Positions 19,551 to 29,495 are shown, counted from the stretch's first letter. The stretch: 64,000 bases of DNA from Thermodesulfobacteriota bacterium (GCA_964291405.2 OZ219926.1:2624001-2688000), one strand, 5' to 3'. The notes: generated by a model from the letters alone, not told the origin. A program made the numbers and translations.

Positions 19551-19934
19551 TCACACTCTGGATTCTATTCCCCGAGCAACTAAGTCCTCCACATCCACCT
19601 GAAGAGTCCGTGCGAGGGCGGTAAGGACTCGCACACTTCCTTCGCGGACGCCGGTTTCAATTTGGGACAGATAGGCGGGGGTGATACGAGCGGCTCGGGC
19701 TAAGGCCGCCTGTGTGAGTCCGCGATATTCCCGCCACACTTTAACCGGCTGTTCGCCCATGACTAATCGCTGCACAACGGCATGGGGTACGGTCTCTTCG
19801 TCTCTGCTGACCGCTTCATCAAAATCCCGCACGTCTTCTGCCATCTCAGCAGCCTCGGAGAGACGCCGATATTCCCTATAGGGAATGACTGCCCATTCTG
19901 GTTTCCCGTTTTTCTCAATAATTTGGACCTTCAT
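19551..19934 (-). CDS. Type II antitoxin, Xre/HTH domain with N-terminal extension
   Basis: VKVWREYRGLTQAALA...YLSQIETG; 4-bp overlap with upstream toxin. Confidence 0.85.
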   Translation of the reverse strand: MKVQIIEKNGKPEWAVIPYREYRRLSEAAEMAEDVRDFDEAVSRDEETVPHAVVQRLVMGEQPVKVWREYRGLTQAALARAARITPAYLSQIETGVREGSVRVLTALARTLQVDVEDLVARGIESRV

Positions 19935-20188
19935 TTATACACATCCCCCCGAGGGCCGATCTTAACAACCTCAATAATCAATTGGTCTTCTTCAATATGA
20001 TAAAGTGCCCGCCAGTTACCGATCCGAAGGCGATATCCTTCACGTCCTGCTAATTGTTTAATATCAAGCTTCCGCTGTGGCTTCCCAGTTGCAAGAGCCT
20101 CAAATGCCGAGAGGAAACGCGTTGCTAGGGAGTGCGGCATGCGTCGAAGCATCTTGGTCGCAGTCTTGCGATACACCACCCGATACAC
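19931..20188 (-). CDS. RelE/ParE family toxin
   Basis: 85 aa, DIKQLAG..GYRLRIGNWRALY...VVKIGPRGDVYK. Confidence 0.9.
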   Translation of the reverse strand: MYRVVYRKTATKMLRRMPHSLATRFLSAFEALATGKPQRKLDIKQLAGREGYRLRIGNWRALYHIEEDQLIIEVVKIGPRGDVYK

Positions 20189-20286
20189 AGCCCGATATTA
20201 GCTTTTTGCTATTTTCGAAGCAATCGATTCGTTAATATCTTTCTGTTGAACCCTAGATGTCTCTTATGGCAAGATGCGGGGCCGAC

Positions 20287-20706
20287 ATGTCAACCGCACA
20301 AGAAAAACCGCGTCCCCTGATCGATGACCTCACCCGTCCGTTCTGGGAGGCAGCCAGGGAATATCGCCTGGTTATTCAGCGCTGCCAGGACTGTCGTTAT
20401 TTTAACCACCCGCCCCGCCCGGTGTGTAATGCCTGTCATAGTGCAGCTCTCGCGTTCGAGCCGGTCAGCGGCCGAGGCACGATCTACAGTTTTAGTGTGA
20501 TGTACCAGCCCAACGTGACCGGTTTTGGGGACGAACTCCCCTACCTCAATATTCTTGTCGAGCTTGAAGAACAGCCGCAACTCTTTCTGGTCTCCAATCT
20601 GCCCGAGGCGCAGCGTGACCAGGTCCGAATTGGTGGAAGAGTCGAAGTCTATTTCGAGGATGTCGATGCGGAGCTGACGCTGCCCAAGTTCCGTCTCGTT
20701 GCTTGA
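20287..20706 (+). CDS. DUF35 Zn-ribbon/OB-fold protein
   Basis: PFWEAA, QRCQDC...CNAC, SGRGTIYSFSV, LVELEE. Confidence 0.9.
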   Translation: MSTAQEKPRPLIDDLTRPFWEAAREYRLVIQRCQDCRYFNHPPRPVCNACHSAALAFEPVSGRGTIYSFSVMYQPNVTGFGDELPYLNILVELEEQPQLFLVSNLPEAQRDQVRIGGRVEVYFEDVDAELTLPKFRLVA

Positions 20707-20721
20707 CCAAAGGACGCACCC

Positions 20722-21909
20722 ATGAGCTGGCACGGAAAAGGCAAAACCGCCATCGTTGGCATTGGCTACTCCGAACTGAGCCGCCGACCCCAGAAGTCCC
20801 TCGGTGCGCTAAGCCTGGATGCCTGTCGGGCCGCCCTTGATGACGCCGGGCTGCCGGCCGAGCGGGTTGACGGCCTTGCCACTTTTCCTGAAGCGCCTTT
20901 TCACGGCGCGGGCACGCAGGACGGCGAGCAGATTGTCAGCGTCGAATACGTGATGAACCACCTCCCGCTTGCGCCTGATATTCAGTGGTATGCGCAAATC
21001 GAAACCGGCCTGATCGCGAGTGCGGTTATTGAGGGGGTCAACGCCCTGTTGGCCGAGGCGTGCGAGTATGTGCTGGTCTGGCGCGCGCTCCACAACCCGC
21101 GTGGCCGTTATGGGGCGTGGTCCGGTAACCGGGCTCCTGGCGACGCCCAATTCATGGCCCCGTATGGTTGTACGAGTATATTTCAGTGGCACGCCATGGC
21201 CTGGCAGCGTTATATGCATCGCTACGGCGCCACCCGAGAGCATCTCGCGACCTTTGTGACGAATAGCCGGCGGAATGCGAATCTCAATCCAAACGCCTAT
21301 TTTTACACTACGCCCATGACCCGTGACGATTATTTCGCCGCACGCTGGATCGCAGAGCCCCTCTGTTTGTTTGACTGCGATATTCCGGTTGAAGGCTGTG
21401 TCGCGCTCGTCCTGACCACGGCAGAGCGTGCCGCCGACCTCCAACATCCACCGGCCTATATCGCTGGCTACGGACAGAACACGAGCCGCCGCCGCTCGCT
21501 GTTTCACTATTCGTTGGATAATTATATGGAGTCCGGTTACTCGCTGGCCAGCAAGCTCTGGGCCTCTTCGGGCTTGGGACCCCAGGATATGAGCGCCGCC
21601 GAGCTATACGATGGATTCAGTCCCTCAACGCTGTATTGGCTGGAAGCGGCAGGATTCTGTGGACAAGGCGAAGCTTACAGCTTCATTCAGGACGGGCGCA
21701 TTGCCCTGGAAGGTGAGCTGCCGGTCAATACGTTCGGCGGCAGTCTGAGTGAGGGTCGCCTGCACGGTATGGGTCATATTGCCGAAGCCGTCATGCAGGT
21801 GACCGACCGAGCGGAAAAGCGCCAAGTTCCCAACGCCTCAGCCGTCTGTGCCATTGACGGTTCCCCCATGTTGCGGGGAAGCGGCCTGGTGATCGTACGG
21901 GAGCCGTGA
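20722..21909 (+). CDS. Thiolase-superfamily protein (SCP2/Ltp2-like)
   Basis: AIVGIG, NANLNPNA, PLCLFDCD, ELYDGF, PVNTFGGSLSEG..HG. Confidence 0.88.
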   Translation: MSWHGKGKTAIVGIGYSELSRRPQKSLGALSLDACRAALDDAGLPAERVDGLATFPEAPFHGAGTQDGEQIVSVEYVMNHLPLAPDIQWYAQIETGLIASAVIEGVNALLAEACEYVLVWRALHNPRGRYGAWSGNRAPGDAQFMAPYGCTSIFQWHAMAWQRYMHRYGATREHLATFVTNSRRNANLNPNAYFYTTPMTRDDYFAARWIAEPLCLFDCDIPVEGCVALVLTTAERAADLQHPPAYIAGYGQNTSRRRSLFHYSLDNYMESGYSLASKLWASSGLGPQDMSAAELYDGFSPSTLYWLEAAGFCGQGEAYSFIQDGRIALEGELPVNTFGGSLSEGRLHGMGHIAEAVMQVTDRAEKRQVPNASAVCAIDGSPMLRGSGLVIVREP

Positions 21910-22005
21910 GGGAGGGGTTCACCGTCGGCCTGGGGTATAGGCATACTCTTTAGCCATTTTGGCAGTTGATTCATCGTCAGGCTCGCCTCGCTCACGCCGC
22001 CGGCC

Positions 22006-22416
22006 TCAATCCTTCCAGGGATTCAACAGTTCGACACCCGTGGCGACGAAGTCGGACTCGTTGCGAGTGACAACTGTGAGACGGTGATGCAGTGCGGTGG
22101 CAGCGATCAGGCTGTCAATGGCAGGGATATTATGATTCCTGGCGATGAGGCGGCCCCACGTATCCGCTACACCAGCGTCAATCGGTAGAACGTGGTCTCC
22201 CACCCAGGCCAGCAAATCTGTTTCCAGCCACGCGATGAGCCGCGCACGGCGACGGCCTGCCCCCAGCATCATCGCCCCTTTTCGGATCTCGCCCAGGGTC
22301 AGGACGCTCACGAACATGGCGGTTTGCGGTGTCACGCGGAACCACTCGGAAACCCGGTGCGCAGGCCTCGGCTTGAGCAGTTCCGATAGCGTGCAGGTGT
22401 CTATAAGAAAGCTCAC
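22006..22416 (-). CDS. vapC: PIN-domain toxin
   Basis: FLIDTCTLSE, SVLTLGEI, DSLIAATA...VVTRN..DF. Confidence 0.92.
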   Translation of the reverse strand: MSFLIDTCTLSELLKPRPAHRVSEWFRVTPQTAMFVSVLTLGEIRKGAMMLGAGRRRARLIAWLETDLLAWVGDHVLPIDAGVADTWGRLIARNHNIPAIDSLIAATALHHRLTVVTRNESDFVATGVELLNPWKD

Positions 22417-22661
22417 AGGTCGATATCACGCGGCAGCGACTTGTCACGCTCAATGTCCAACTCCACACCCACCAGAGAGGAAGCCCGCAGAAACTCGGCC
22501 ATCGAGGGTTGAGGACGCTTCAGACGGTCATAGTCGTCCGCGGAAAGAACGACTGCGGCCCGGCGGCCATGGACGGTAATCGTCTGTGGCCCGTCGGTCT
22601 CGGCACTGCGCACCAAGGTGCTGAAACGCGCTTTTGCCTCCTGTACTTGCCAGTTTTTCAT
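22413..22661 (-). CDS. Phd/YefM family antitoxin
   Basis: WQVQEAKARFS.LV...GPQTIT.HG; 4-bp overlap with vapC. Confidence 0.92.
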   Translation of the reverse strand: MKNWQVQEAKARFSTLVRSAETDGPQTITVHGRRAAVVLSADDYDRLKRPQPSMAEFLRASSLVGVELDIERDKSLPRDIDL

Positions 22662-22671
22662 AATTCGTCCA

Positions 22672-22691
22672 TTCTGACCTTTCTGACCAGA
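22672..22691. promoter_or_regulatory. Putative autoregulatory operator of the phd-vapC module
   Basis: TTCTGACC direct repeat (22672, 22681) with TCTG-AC-CAGA dyad just upstream of the antitoxin start. Confidence 0.45.
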
Positions 22692-22813
22692 AAATATACG
22701 GAGCGCGACGGCAGCGCAATAGTTCTGCCGTTACGCTCCAAGCCTCTCGTTCAGCAAGGCGACCCGCGTCCGGCCTTCCCCGCGCTCGTGAATCCTGGAA
22801 TACTGTTGACACT

Positions 22814-23797
22814 ATGGACGAGCAAAAAGAGCGGATTGTTTTCTCTGACGCCGAGCGTATTCCGGTCCATTTGATTTCCGGTTTTCTGGGCAGCGGCAAG
22901 ACGACCCTGCTGCGCCGTCTCCTTGATTATTGCCTGACCCAGGGGCTCAAACCCGCGGTCATGATGAATGAGTATGGGGAGGTCAACATCGATGGCGAGC
23001 TGCTCCGCGGGCAAGGCTATACTATCCGGGAAATGACCAATGGCTGCATTTGTTGCACGATTGGCGGCACCCTGGGCCTCGCGCTCCAGGACGTCGCCGC
23101 CCTCAAGCCGGATGTCATTTTTATTGAAGCCACCGGCCTCGCCGACCCGGTCGAACTCATGGATCAAGCCACAAAAGAAGAAGTCCTGCCCCTGGTCCGC
23201 CTGGCGTCGCTGGTTGCCGTTCTCGACCCTGTCAATTTCAGCCGCTTGGCCGAAGAAGTGCACTCGGGCATTCGTCAACAGACGGAGCTCGCTGATATCG
23301 TGGTGTTAAACAAACGAGACCTGGCAGAAGAGTCTGTCCTGGCCGAACTGGAGGCGCAGATTCGTCAGTTAAATCCGCGCACGGCGATTGTTCGGACAGA
23401 GCGCGGAGAAATGGATTACGCTCAGATTGTCTACCGCCAAACAGATAAACATGCTGGGCACGTTTCCGCTTCGCGACAGGCACCGGTGCATGACCATTTT
23501 CATACGCTGACGTGTCTGTGCGAAGCCCCGCTGATCCGAGAACAGTTTGAGCAGTTAATGCGCAACCTGCCGGACACGGTGTGGCGCGCCAAAGGGTTTG
23601 TACGGTTTACCGACTCGGACGAGCAGTGGATGTTTCAATATGTGACCGGCGAATTCGACATGGAGTGGCTGGATTTATTACCCGAGCCGCCCGAGCACGT
23701 CGTTTTTATCGGCAAGGGTTTTGATCGGGACGGGCTGCAGCATGCCCTGCGGGAATGCCAACCGAGGGACAACGCGGAAGTCGCATGGACACGCTAG
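22814..23797 (+). CDS. COG0523/CobW-family metallochaperone GTPase
   Basis: SGFLGSGKTT, NEYGE, GCICC, IEATGLADP, NKRD, CobW_C-like WRAKG. Confidence 0.92.
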   Translation: MDEQKERIVFSDAERIPVHLISGFLGSGKTTLLRRLLDYCLTQGLKPAVMMNEYGEVNIDGELLRGQGYTIREMTNGCICCTIGGTLGLALQDVAALKPDVIFIEATGLADPVELMDQATKEEVLPLVRLASLVAVLDPVNFSRLAEEVHSGIRQQTELADIVVLNKRDLAEESVLAELEAQIRQLNPRTAIVRTERGEMDYAQIVYRQTDKHAGHVSASRQAPVHDHFHTLTCLCEAPLIREQFEQLMRNLPDTVWRAKGFVRFTDSDEQWMFQYVTGEFDMEWLDLLPEPPEHVVFIGKGFDRDGLQHALRECQPRDNAEVAWTR

Positions 23798-23842
23798 GCA
23801 GAGCAGACGCGGAAGGACAGCACGCCGACAAGGAGGGCCAGT

Positions 23843-24457
23843 ATGATTTATGAAGTCCGGACCTATCGCCTCAAACCAGGGACGCTGGCCGAATGCGAGC
23901 GGCTCTTTGGTGACGCCCTGCCGCGACGCGAGGAATTTTCCCCGCTCGGGGCGTTCTGGCATACTGAGATCGGCCCGCTCAACGAGATTATTCATGTCTG
24001 GCCGTATGAGAGCCTTCAGCAACGGACGGAGGCGAGAGCGCAGGCCATGCAAAGCGGGGCGTGGCCTCCTCCGATCGGCACGTTCATCGAGCACATGGAA
24101 TCCGAAATTTTTATCCCCGCGCCTTTTATGGAACCGCTCGGCAAGCGGCAGCTTGGTCCGGTGTATGAGATCCGCACCTATATATACCGGCCTGGGGCCA
24201 TGCCGACCGTGTTGGAGCGTTGGGCCAAAGCCATCAATGCCCGGACCGAGCTTTCACCCCTGGCCGCCTGCTGGTATAGCGATCTCGGGACGCTCAATAA
24301 ATTCGTCCATATCTGGCCCTACGCCAGCCTGGACGAGCGTAGCCGCGTCTGGGCCGAGGCCGCTCAACTGCCCAATTGGCCGCCCGGCACGCGGGAGTTG
24401 CTGCTGACCCAGCAGAACAAAATTGTCCTGCCGGCAGCGTTTTCGCCTATGCAGTAG
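23843..24457 (+). CDS. NIPSNAP family protein (two domains)
   Basis: YEVRTY/YEIRTY repeats, HVWPYESL/HIWPYASL, PFSP-like ends. Confidence 0.9.
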   Translation: MIYEVRTYRLKPGTLAECERLFGDALPRREEFSPLGAFWHTEIGPLNEIIHVWPYESLQQRTEARAQAMQSGAWPPPIGTFIEHMESEIFIPAPFMEPLGKRQLGPVYEIRTYIYRPGAMPTVLERWAKAINARTELSPLAACWYSDLGTLNKFVHIWPYASLDERSRVWAEAAQLPNWPPGTRELLLTQQNKIVLPAAFSPMQ

Positions 24458-24500
24458 ACTGGCTGGGACGCCGCCACAAAAAACGTGAAAGACACTCCAC

Positions 24501-26060
24501 ATGAGTTGGGAAAAAGAAGTCCAGGGCATTGAGCAACGCAGACAGATCGCCCGAGAGCTGGGCGGGCCTGAAGCGGTGGCCAAGCAACATGACCGGGGAC
24601 GATTGACCGTCCGCGAGCGCGTGGACCAGTTGCTCGATACTGACTCTTTCCGTGAACAAGGACCGATTGCCGGCTACTCCGAAACCGACGAGCAGGGCCA
24701 ACTCCGCTCGTTTACCCCCGCAAATTATGTTGTTGGCTTCGGCAATATCGAAGGCCGCCCCTGTGTGGTTGGTGGCGAGGACTTTACCCTCAAGGGCGGC
24801 TCGCCCTCGTCCGCCGGCTTTCGCAAGAGTGTGTGGGCCGAAGAGTTGGCGTGTCGCTACCGGCTGCCCCTCATTCGCTTCCTCGAAGGTGGCGGCGGGA
24901 GTGTCCCCCGTGGGAAAAACAGTGGCGAAACAACCGGGAGTACGGAGTCGGTGAACGCCCCGCCCCGGTTCATGTCGGTCATGCAGGCCATGTCCATGGT
25001 GCCGGTTGCGTCTGCCGCCTTGGGAGCCGTAGCCGGTCTGCCCGCGGCCCGCCTGGTCGCCTCCCATTTCTCGATCATGACCCAGAAGTCCTCGCAGGTG
25101 ATGATTGGCGGACCGGCTCTGGTGGAACGCGCCTTCGGTCAGCCGATCACCAAGGAAGAACTCGGCGGCCCGCACATCCACCTGCGTAGCGGCGTGGTGG
25201 ACAATGTCGCGGAGGACGAGCCCGCCGTCTTTACCCAAATCCGGCAATTTCTGAGCTATCTACCGACCAATGTCTGGGAAGCGGCGCCGGTCCAGCCCAG
25301 CGAGGACGACCGCAACCGTCAGGAAGAAGAACTGCTTCGCATTATTCCGCGCAACCGCAGGCGTGCGTATCCGATGCGGCGGGTGATTGAGTGCATTGTT
25401 GACCGCGACTCATTTTTTGAGATTGCGCCCCTGTACGGCCCGTCTCAAATTACCGGGTTGGCCCGGATGAACGGCCAGCCGGTCGGGATTCTGGCAAACG
25501 ATCCGCAGTGGTATGCCGGCGCCATGACCGCTGAGGGCGCCCAAAAAGTGAAACGGCATATTGATCTGTGTGACACGTTTCACCTGCCCATGGTTAGCCT
25601 GGTGGATGAACCCGGTTTCATGATCGGACCGGAGGCCGAGCAGAGCGCCACTATTCGTTATGGGACGGCGGCCATCTTTGCCCTCATGCAATGCACCATT
25701 CCCTGGGTGTCGGTCATCGTCCGCAAGGTCTACGGCGTGGCCGGTGTGGCCCACTTCGGGCCGGGTGGGATGGTGTTTGCCTGGCCGTCGGCCGAGAGTG
25801 GTGCCCTGCCGCTGGAGGGGGGAGTCGCGGTCGCCTATCGGCGCGAAATCGCCGCCGCACCAGACCCGGAGGCCAAGCGCCGGGAAATTGAAGAAGCACT
25901 CGCCAGCAAACGCTCAGTCTACGCCCGGGCCGAAGGCTTCGCCGTCCACGATATGATTGACCCCAGACACACCCGACCGGTGCTGTGTGACTGGGTGGAC
26001 TGGATTCAGCCCCAACTCTCAGCGCATACCGGCCCCCGCGCCTATACGATCAGGCCCTAG
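24501..26060 (+). CDS. Acyl-CoA carboxylase/decarboxylase carboxyltransferase subunit
   Basis: GRLTVRERV..LLD, DFTLKGGS, EELGG..H..SGVVD, LVDEPGFMIG. Confidence 0.9.
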   Translation: MSWEKEVQGIEQRRQIARELGGPEAVAKQHDRGRLTVRERVDQLLDTDSFREQGPIAGYSETDEQGQLRSFTPANYVVGFGNIEGRPCVVGGEDFTLKGGSPSSAGFRKSVWAEELACRYRLPLIRFLEGGGGSVPRGKNSGETTGSTESVNAPPRFMSVMQAMSMVPVASAALGAVAGLPAARLVASHFSIMTQKSSQVMIGGPALVERAFGQPITKEELGGPHIHLRSGVVDNVAEDEPAVFTQIRQFLSYLPTNVWEAAPVQPSEDDRNRQEEELLRIIPRNRRRAYPMRRVIECIVDRDSFFEIAPLYGPSQITGLARMNGQPVGILANDPQWYAGAMTAEGAQKVKRHIDLCDTFHLPMVSLVDEPGFMIGPEAEQSATIRYGTAAIFALMQCTIPWVSVIVRKVYGVAGVAHFGPGGMVFAWPSAESGALPLEGGVAVAYRREIAAAPDPEAKRREIEEALASKRSVYARAEGFAVHDMIDPRHTRPVLCDWVDWIQPQLSAHTGPRAYTIRP

Positions 26061-26107
26061 CGGGTGTTCGGGAACAGGACAGCCGGCTTCACCCTGTTCC
26101 AGCCGGT

Positions 26108-26662
26108 CTACGACCACAGCCCAATCACTTCGAGGAGTTTCCGCAAGTTTTGATCGTGTACGGCTGCCCGCCGAACATCGTCCAGCGTGAAGCGTTGGCG
26201 TAACTGCTCGGCCGTCGGCGGCTTTTGATACGCAGGCCACAGTTTACGCAACTCACTTTCCGAGTCGGATGCCGCGATTCTTCTTTGTTCCTGTCCCGTA
26301 TGCAGTCGGACTAAGAGTCCTTCCAGATTCGGGTCTTGAAAAACGATTTCGAGCTTATAGCGAGCTGCGACGGACCGAGCCTGAATCCCTTCTCGCGGTT
26401 CGGCTTCAATCCGATCGCGGTCCAGCAACACCAATCTCTCCTGGTACTCTCGCCTGGATCGATTCCTTTTTAACCAGCGTCCTGCTTGTTCAATAACGGC
26501 CACGGAGCCGCCGCCGTCTTGCGGCTTGACGTCAAGGTGTACGTGCAAGCCTGCTTCATCGCAAAGGTGCTGAAGAAAACGCGCAAAGGGACGTTCGCTC
26601 TGCCCTTCGCCAGCTATGAAGAAACTACGGCGTGGCCGGACCGGCCGTCGGCGACCGCGCAT
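26108..26662 (-). CDS. RloB-like (TOPRIM-type) protein
   Basis: IAGEGQSE and LLDRD motifs; directly downstream of an AAA ATPase. Confidence 0.65.
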   Translation of the reverse strand: MRGRRRPVRPRRSFFIAGEGQSERPFARFLQHLCDEAGLHVHLDVKPQDGGGSVAVIEQAGRWLKRNRSRREYQERLVLLDRDRIEAEPREGIQARSVAARYKLEIVFQDPNLEGLLVRLHTGQEQRRIAASDSESELRKLWPAYQKPPTAEQLRQRFTLDDVRRAAVHDQNLRKLLEVIGLWS

Positions 26663-26668
26663 CGTGTC

Positions 26669-27886
26669 CTAACCGATTTTCGGGAGACCACCCAGCACGC
26701 CGGCGCGGTACTTCGGGTAGAGCCGCGTGTCACGTCGTAGCCCGCTCACGTCCTGGGCGGCGTGTACGTGGGTTGCACTGTCCGGACCTTTTTCAACAAT
26801 AAAGAGTTCTTCCTTCTCCAGATCATCGAGAACACCGACGTTATGGGTAGAGATAAAGAGTTGAGCGTCGTGCGGATTGGTCTCGCGGTCGTGAAACCAG
26901 TGAATAATCTCGTTCACAATCTCCACGTGCAGGTCACCGTCCACCTCGTCGAGGATGACTTGGCCACCCGTGTCAAGAGCAAACCGGATTTGAGGCAGGA
27001 GATGGAACAGACGTCTTGTACCGCCGGACTCGAACGGCAGCATGACGGCTCCATCGAGGTCTCGATGGTGGAAGTACACCTGTTTCTTGCCCGTTCTGTC
27101 ACTGGTAAAGCTTACGTCTTGAATGGCGAGATCGCTACGCTGCATCTGCTGTTTCATCCAGTTTTTTATCTCGTCACGGCCTTCATACAAACTTACAACT
27201 GTCTCTGTTGGAGGCTGCCAATTGCCGAGATACAGGATGTTCGTTGATAAGGATACCTGGCTCAGGCTTTTAGTTATCCGCATAGCGAGAGGAACGTTGA
27301 GCACCGCAAGCGTTGCTATTACCGAGGCATCGGCCCGAACTGCACCCAGCCGCGGATCTTTGGATGTGAGCCCGAACTCACGGGCAACGTAGATCGCCTC
27401 GTCCGGTTCTCCACGTTCAAAGAGTCGTCGAGGTCGGCCTTTCGGAAAGTGGAACAAGGCTTCACGAAGGATGAAATTGGAAGTCGTAGACGGCTCACGT
27501 CCCACGGAAAGTTCATAGCGGAATAACTCCCGCGCATCGCCTGGGGTCAGCCAGTCGGCGTCAAACTCTACGCGAAACCTTGTTGGCTCGTTTTGGGCCC
27601 TTTGCAATAAAAAGGGGACAATTGTGTTGATTGGAGTCTCTGTCTTAGACAAGTTGGACTCCAAGGCAATATGGATCACATCTACTAAAGCGCGGAGCAG
27701 GGTCGTCTTACCTGAGCCGTTCGGACCCATGATGACGGCTACAGTCGGAAGCCGGACATCCGGCTTCGCCTTGCTCCTTCGAAAACGCGGCAAGTCGGGC
27801 GCTGTGCCGGGTATGCGTAAATCGAGAACGGCCTCCTCGTAGATGGAAAAATAATTCGATACAGTAAATTCATGAATCATAGCCAA
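26669..27886 (-). CDS. AAA_21-type ATPase (RloA/AbiL-like)
   Basis: FTVSNYFSI, GPNGSGKT, ESGGTRR, ILDEVD..LH, QLFISTH, Y..G.LGGLP C-terminus. Confidence 0.85.
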   Translation of the reverse strand: MAMIHEFTVSNYFSIYEEAVLDLRIPGTAPDLPRFRRSKAKPDVRLPTVAVIMGPNGSGKTTLLRALVDVIHIALESNLSKTETPINTIVPFLLQRAQNEPTRFRVEFDADWLTPGDARELFRYELSVGREPSTTSNFILREALFHFPKGRPRRLFERGEPDEAIYVAREFGLTSKDPRLGAVRADASVIATLAVLNVPLAMRITKSLSQVSLSTNILYLGNWQPPTETVVSLYEGRDEIKNWMKQQMQRSDLAIQDVSFTSDRTGKKQVYFHHRDLDGAVMLPFESGGTRRLFHLLPQIRFALDTGGQVILDEVDGDLHVEIVNEIIHWFHDRETNPHDAQLFISTHNVGVLDDLEKEELFIVEKGPDSATHVHAAQDVSGLRRDTRLYPKYRAGVLGGLPKIG

Positions 27887-28119
27887 ATCTTAACATTTTT
27901 TCGTCAGGATTGGAATATTATAGATTGAAAAGATGGCCCTAAGAAGCGAGTTGAGTACTCACATTCCATTCCGAAACTGCAATGCAGCTTCGCACGTTCC
28001 GTGTAATTCGGATTCTCAACCTGTAGCCGCTTGTAGTGTGCGTCCACGGCCCATGTAGATCATGGCGTCGCTGGAGGCTCCAGGCGGCGGGCACAGGATC
28101 GTCAGCCGTCTTCAGGGCT

Positions 28120-28545
28120 CTACTCTGTGGTCTTATTCTTTTTGAGGGTCACGATGTTGCGTTCCCCTTCCCGCCGATACTCGACGCTATCCATCACCTG
28201 ATGCACGAGGAAAAGGCCGAGCCCGCCCAGGGGCCGCTCTTCGAGGGAGGCTCCGATATCGGGTGTCGGTGCGTTCGACAGGTCGAACGCCGCGCTGTCG
28301 TCCACGATGACGATGATCAGCGCTTCCGCTTCCGGACGGACGCTAATCTCGATCTGATGCGGCTCGTCATCGGCATACCCGTAGCTGATGGTATTGGTCA
28401 GGATCTCATCTAGCGCCAGGTTGACCGCATAGGCGACTTCTGACGCAATGGCCCGAGAGGCGCAGAACTCGTCGATCTGCTCTGCGACGCGGGCGATCTC
28501 CTTCAAATCATTTACGAGTGAGATTTCCAGCGTTTCTTCGTTCAC
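28120..28545 (-). CDS. RsbW-like anti-sigma factor / HATPase_c protein
   Basis: LALDEILTNTISYG, DDSAAFD, GGLGLFLVHQVMD. Confidence 0.88.
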   Translation of the reverse strand: MNEETLEISLVNDLKEIARVAEQIDEFCASRAIASEVAYAVNLALDEILTNTISYGYADDEPHQIEISVRPEAEALIIVIVDDSAAFDLSNAPTPDIGASLEERPLGGLGLFLVHQVMDSVEYRREGERNIVTLKKNKTTE

Positions 28546-28592
28546 GACCTCTCCTTATGTCTCTGAACCGCGTCCGTCCTCCCTCACTGACG

Positions 28593-29495
28593 CTACGACG
28601 AAGACTGTCCGGCAGGTGAGGTATCCGTCTCCATCGGCAGACTCGTATCCGCGGCCCATTCCATCAGTGAACCATCGTAGACGGCAACGTCCTCCAATCC
28701 CAGTAGGGTGAGGGCGAAGGCGTCGCTGCTGGCCGCAATCCCGGCCCCACAATAGGTAATGACCCGCTGAGCGTCGGTTGCGCCAACGGCCTCGAATTTT
28801 TTACGGAGTTGCTCAGCAGGCAGATAGGCGTGCGTATCTGGATCGACCAGATCATAGAATGAGACGTTCACACTTGACGCAATGCGTCCAGGCCGAGGGT
28901 ATTGAATCATCCCTCCTGTGCCTGCATGATCCTCGGCGGTCAGGGCGTTCAGCAGGCAGCTTGACGATGTCTGTATCGCCTCCAGAACTTCCTGTTTACC
29001 CGCCATCAGCGTAGGCCGTGGGGTGGACACGAACTGGCCCTGTACGGGGGTAGCGGGCCGGTTCGAGACGGGCCGCCCTTCCTGCGTCCACTTGTGCCAG
29101 CCGCCGTTGAGGACCGCCGCGTTGTCAAAGCCGCTCGCGCGGAGCATCCACCACACTCGGGCCGCCCAGATATTATAGAAATCGTCATAGAGAATAACTC
29201 GGGTGTGGGCACTCACCCCGACGCGCGCCATGGCGGCGGCAAATTGGTCGGTGGGCGGCATCATTAATGGCAGGTCGCTGTGCTGGTCGGACAGGTCGGT
29301 GGTGAAATCGACAAAGCCACTCCCAGGGATGTGGCCCTCCTCCCAGGAGGCGGGCCGCCCGCTCTCCATACGGAAGCCGCCGGAATCCTCAGGGATCAGG
29401 TTGACACGGCAGTCGAGCAGGCACAGGTCCGTATCGTTCAGATGCTCTGCCAGCCAGTCCGTTTCAGCGAGCGCGTTGGAGTTGATATCGGTCAT
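28593..29495 (-). CDS. Tandem-domain rhodanese/sulfurtransferase
   Basis: GHIPGS, AARVWWML, LNGG, TYCGAGIAAS, YDGSLMEW; start at MTDINS after AGGAGG. Confidence 0.92.
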   Translation of the reverse strand: MTDINSNALAETDWLAEHLNDTDLCLLDCRVNLIPEDSGGFRMESGRPASWEEGHIPGSGFVDFTTDLSDQHSDLPLMMPPTDQFAAAMARVGVSAHTRVILYDDFYNIWAARVWWMLRASGFDNAAVLNGGWHKWTQEGRPVSNRPATPVQGQFVSTPRPTLMAGKQEVLEAIQTSSSCLLNALTAEDHAGTGGMIQYPRPGRIASSVNVSFYDLVDPDTHAYLPAEQLRKKFEAVGATDAQRVITYCGAGIAASSDAFALTLLGLEDVAVYDGSLMEWAADTSLPMETDTSPAGQSSS

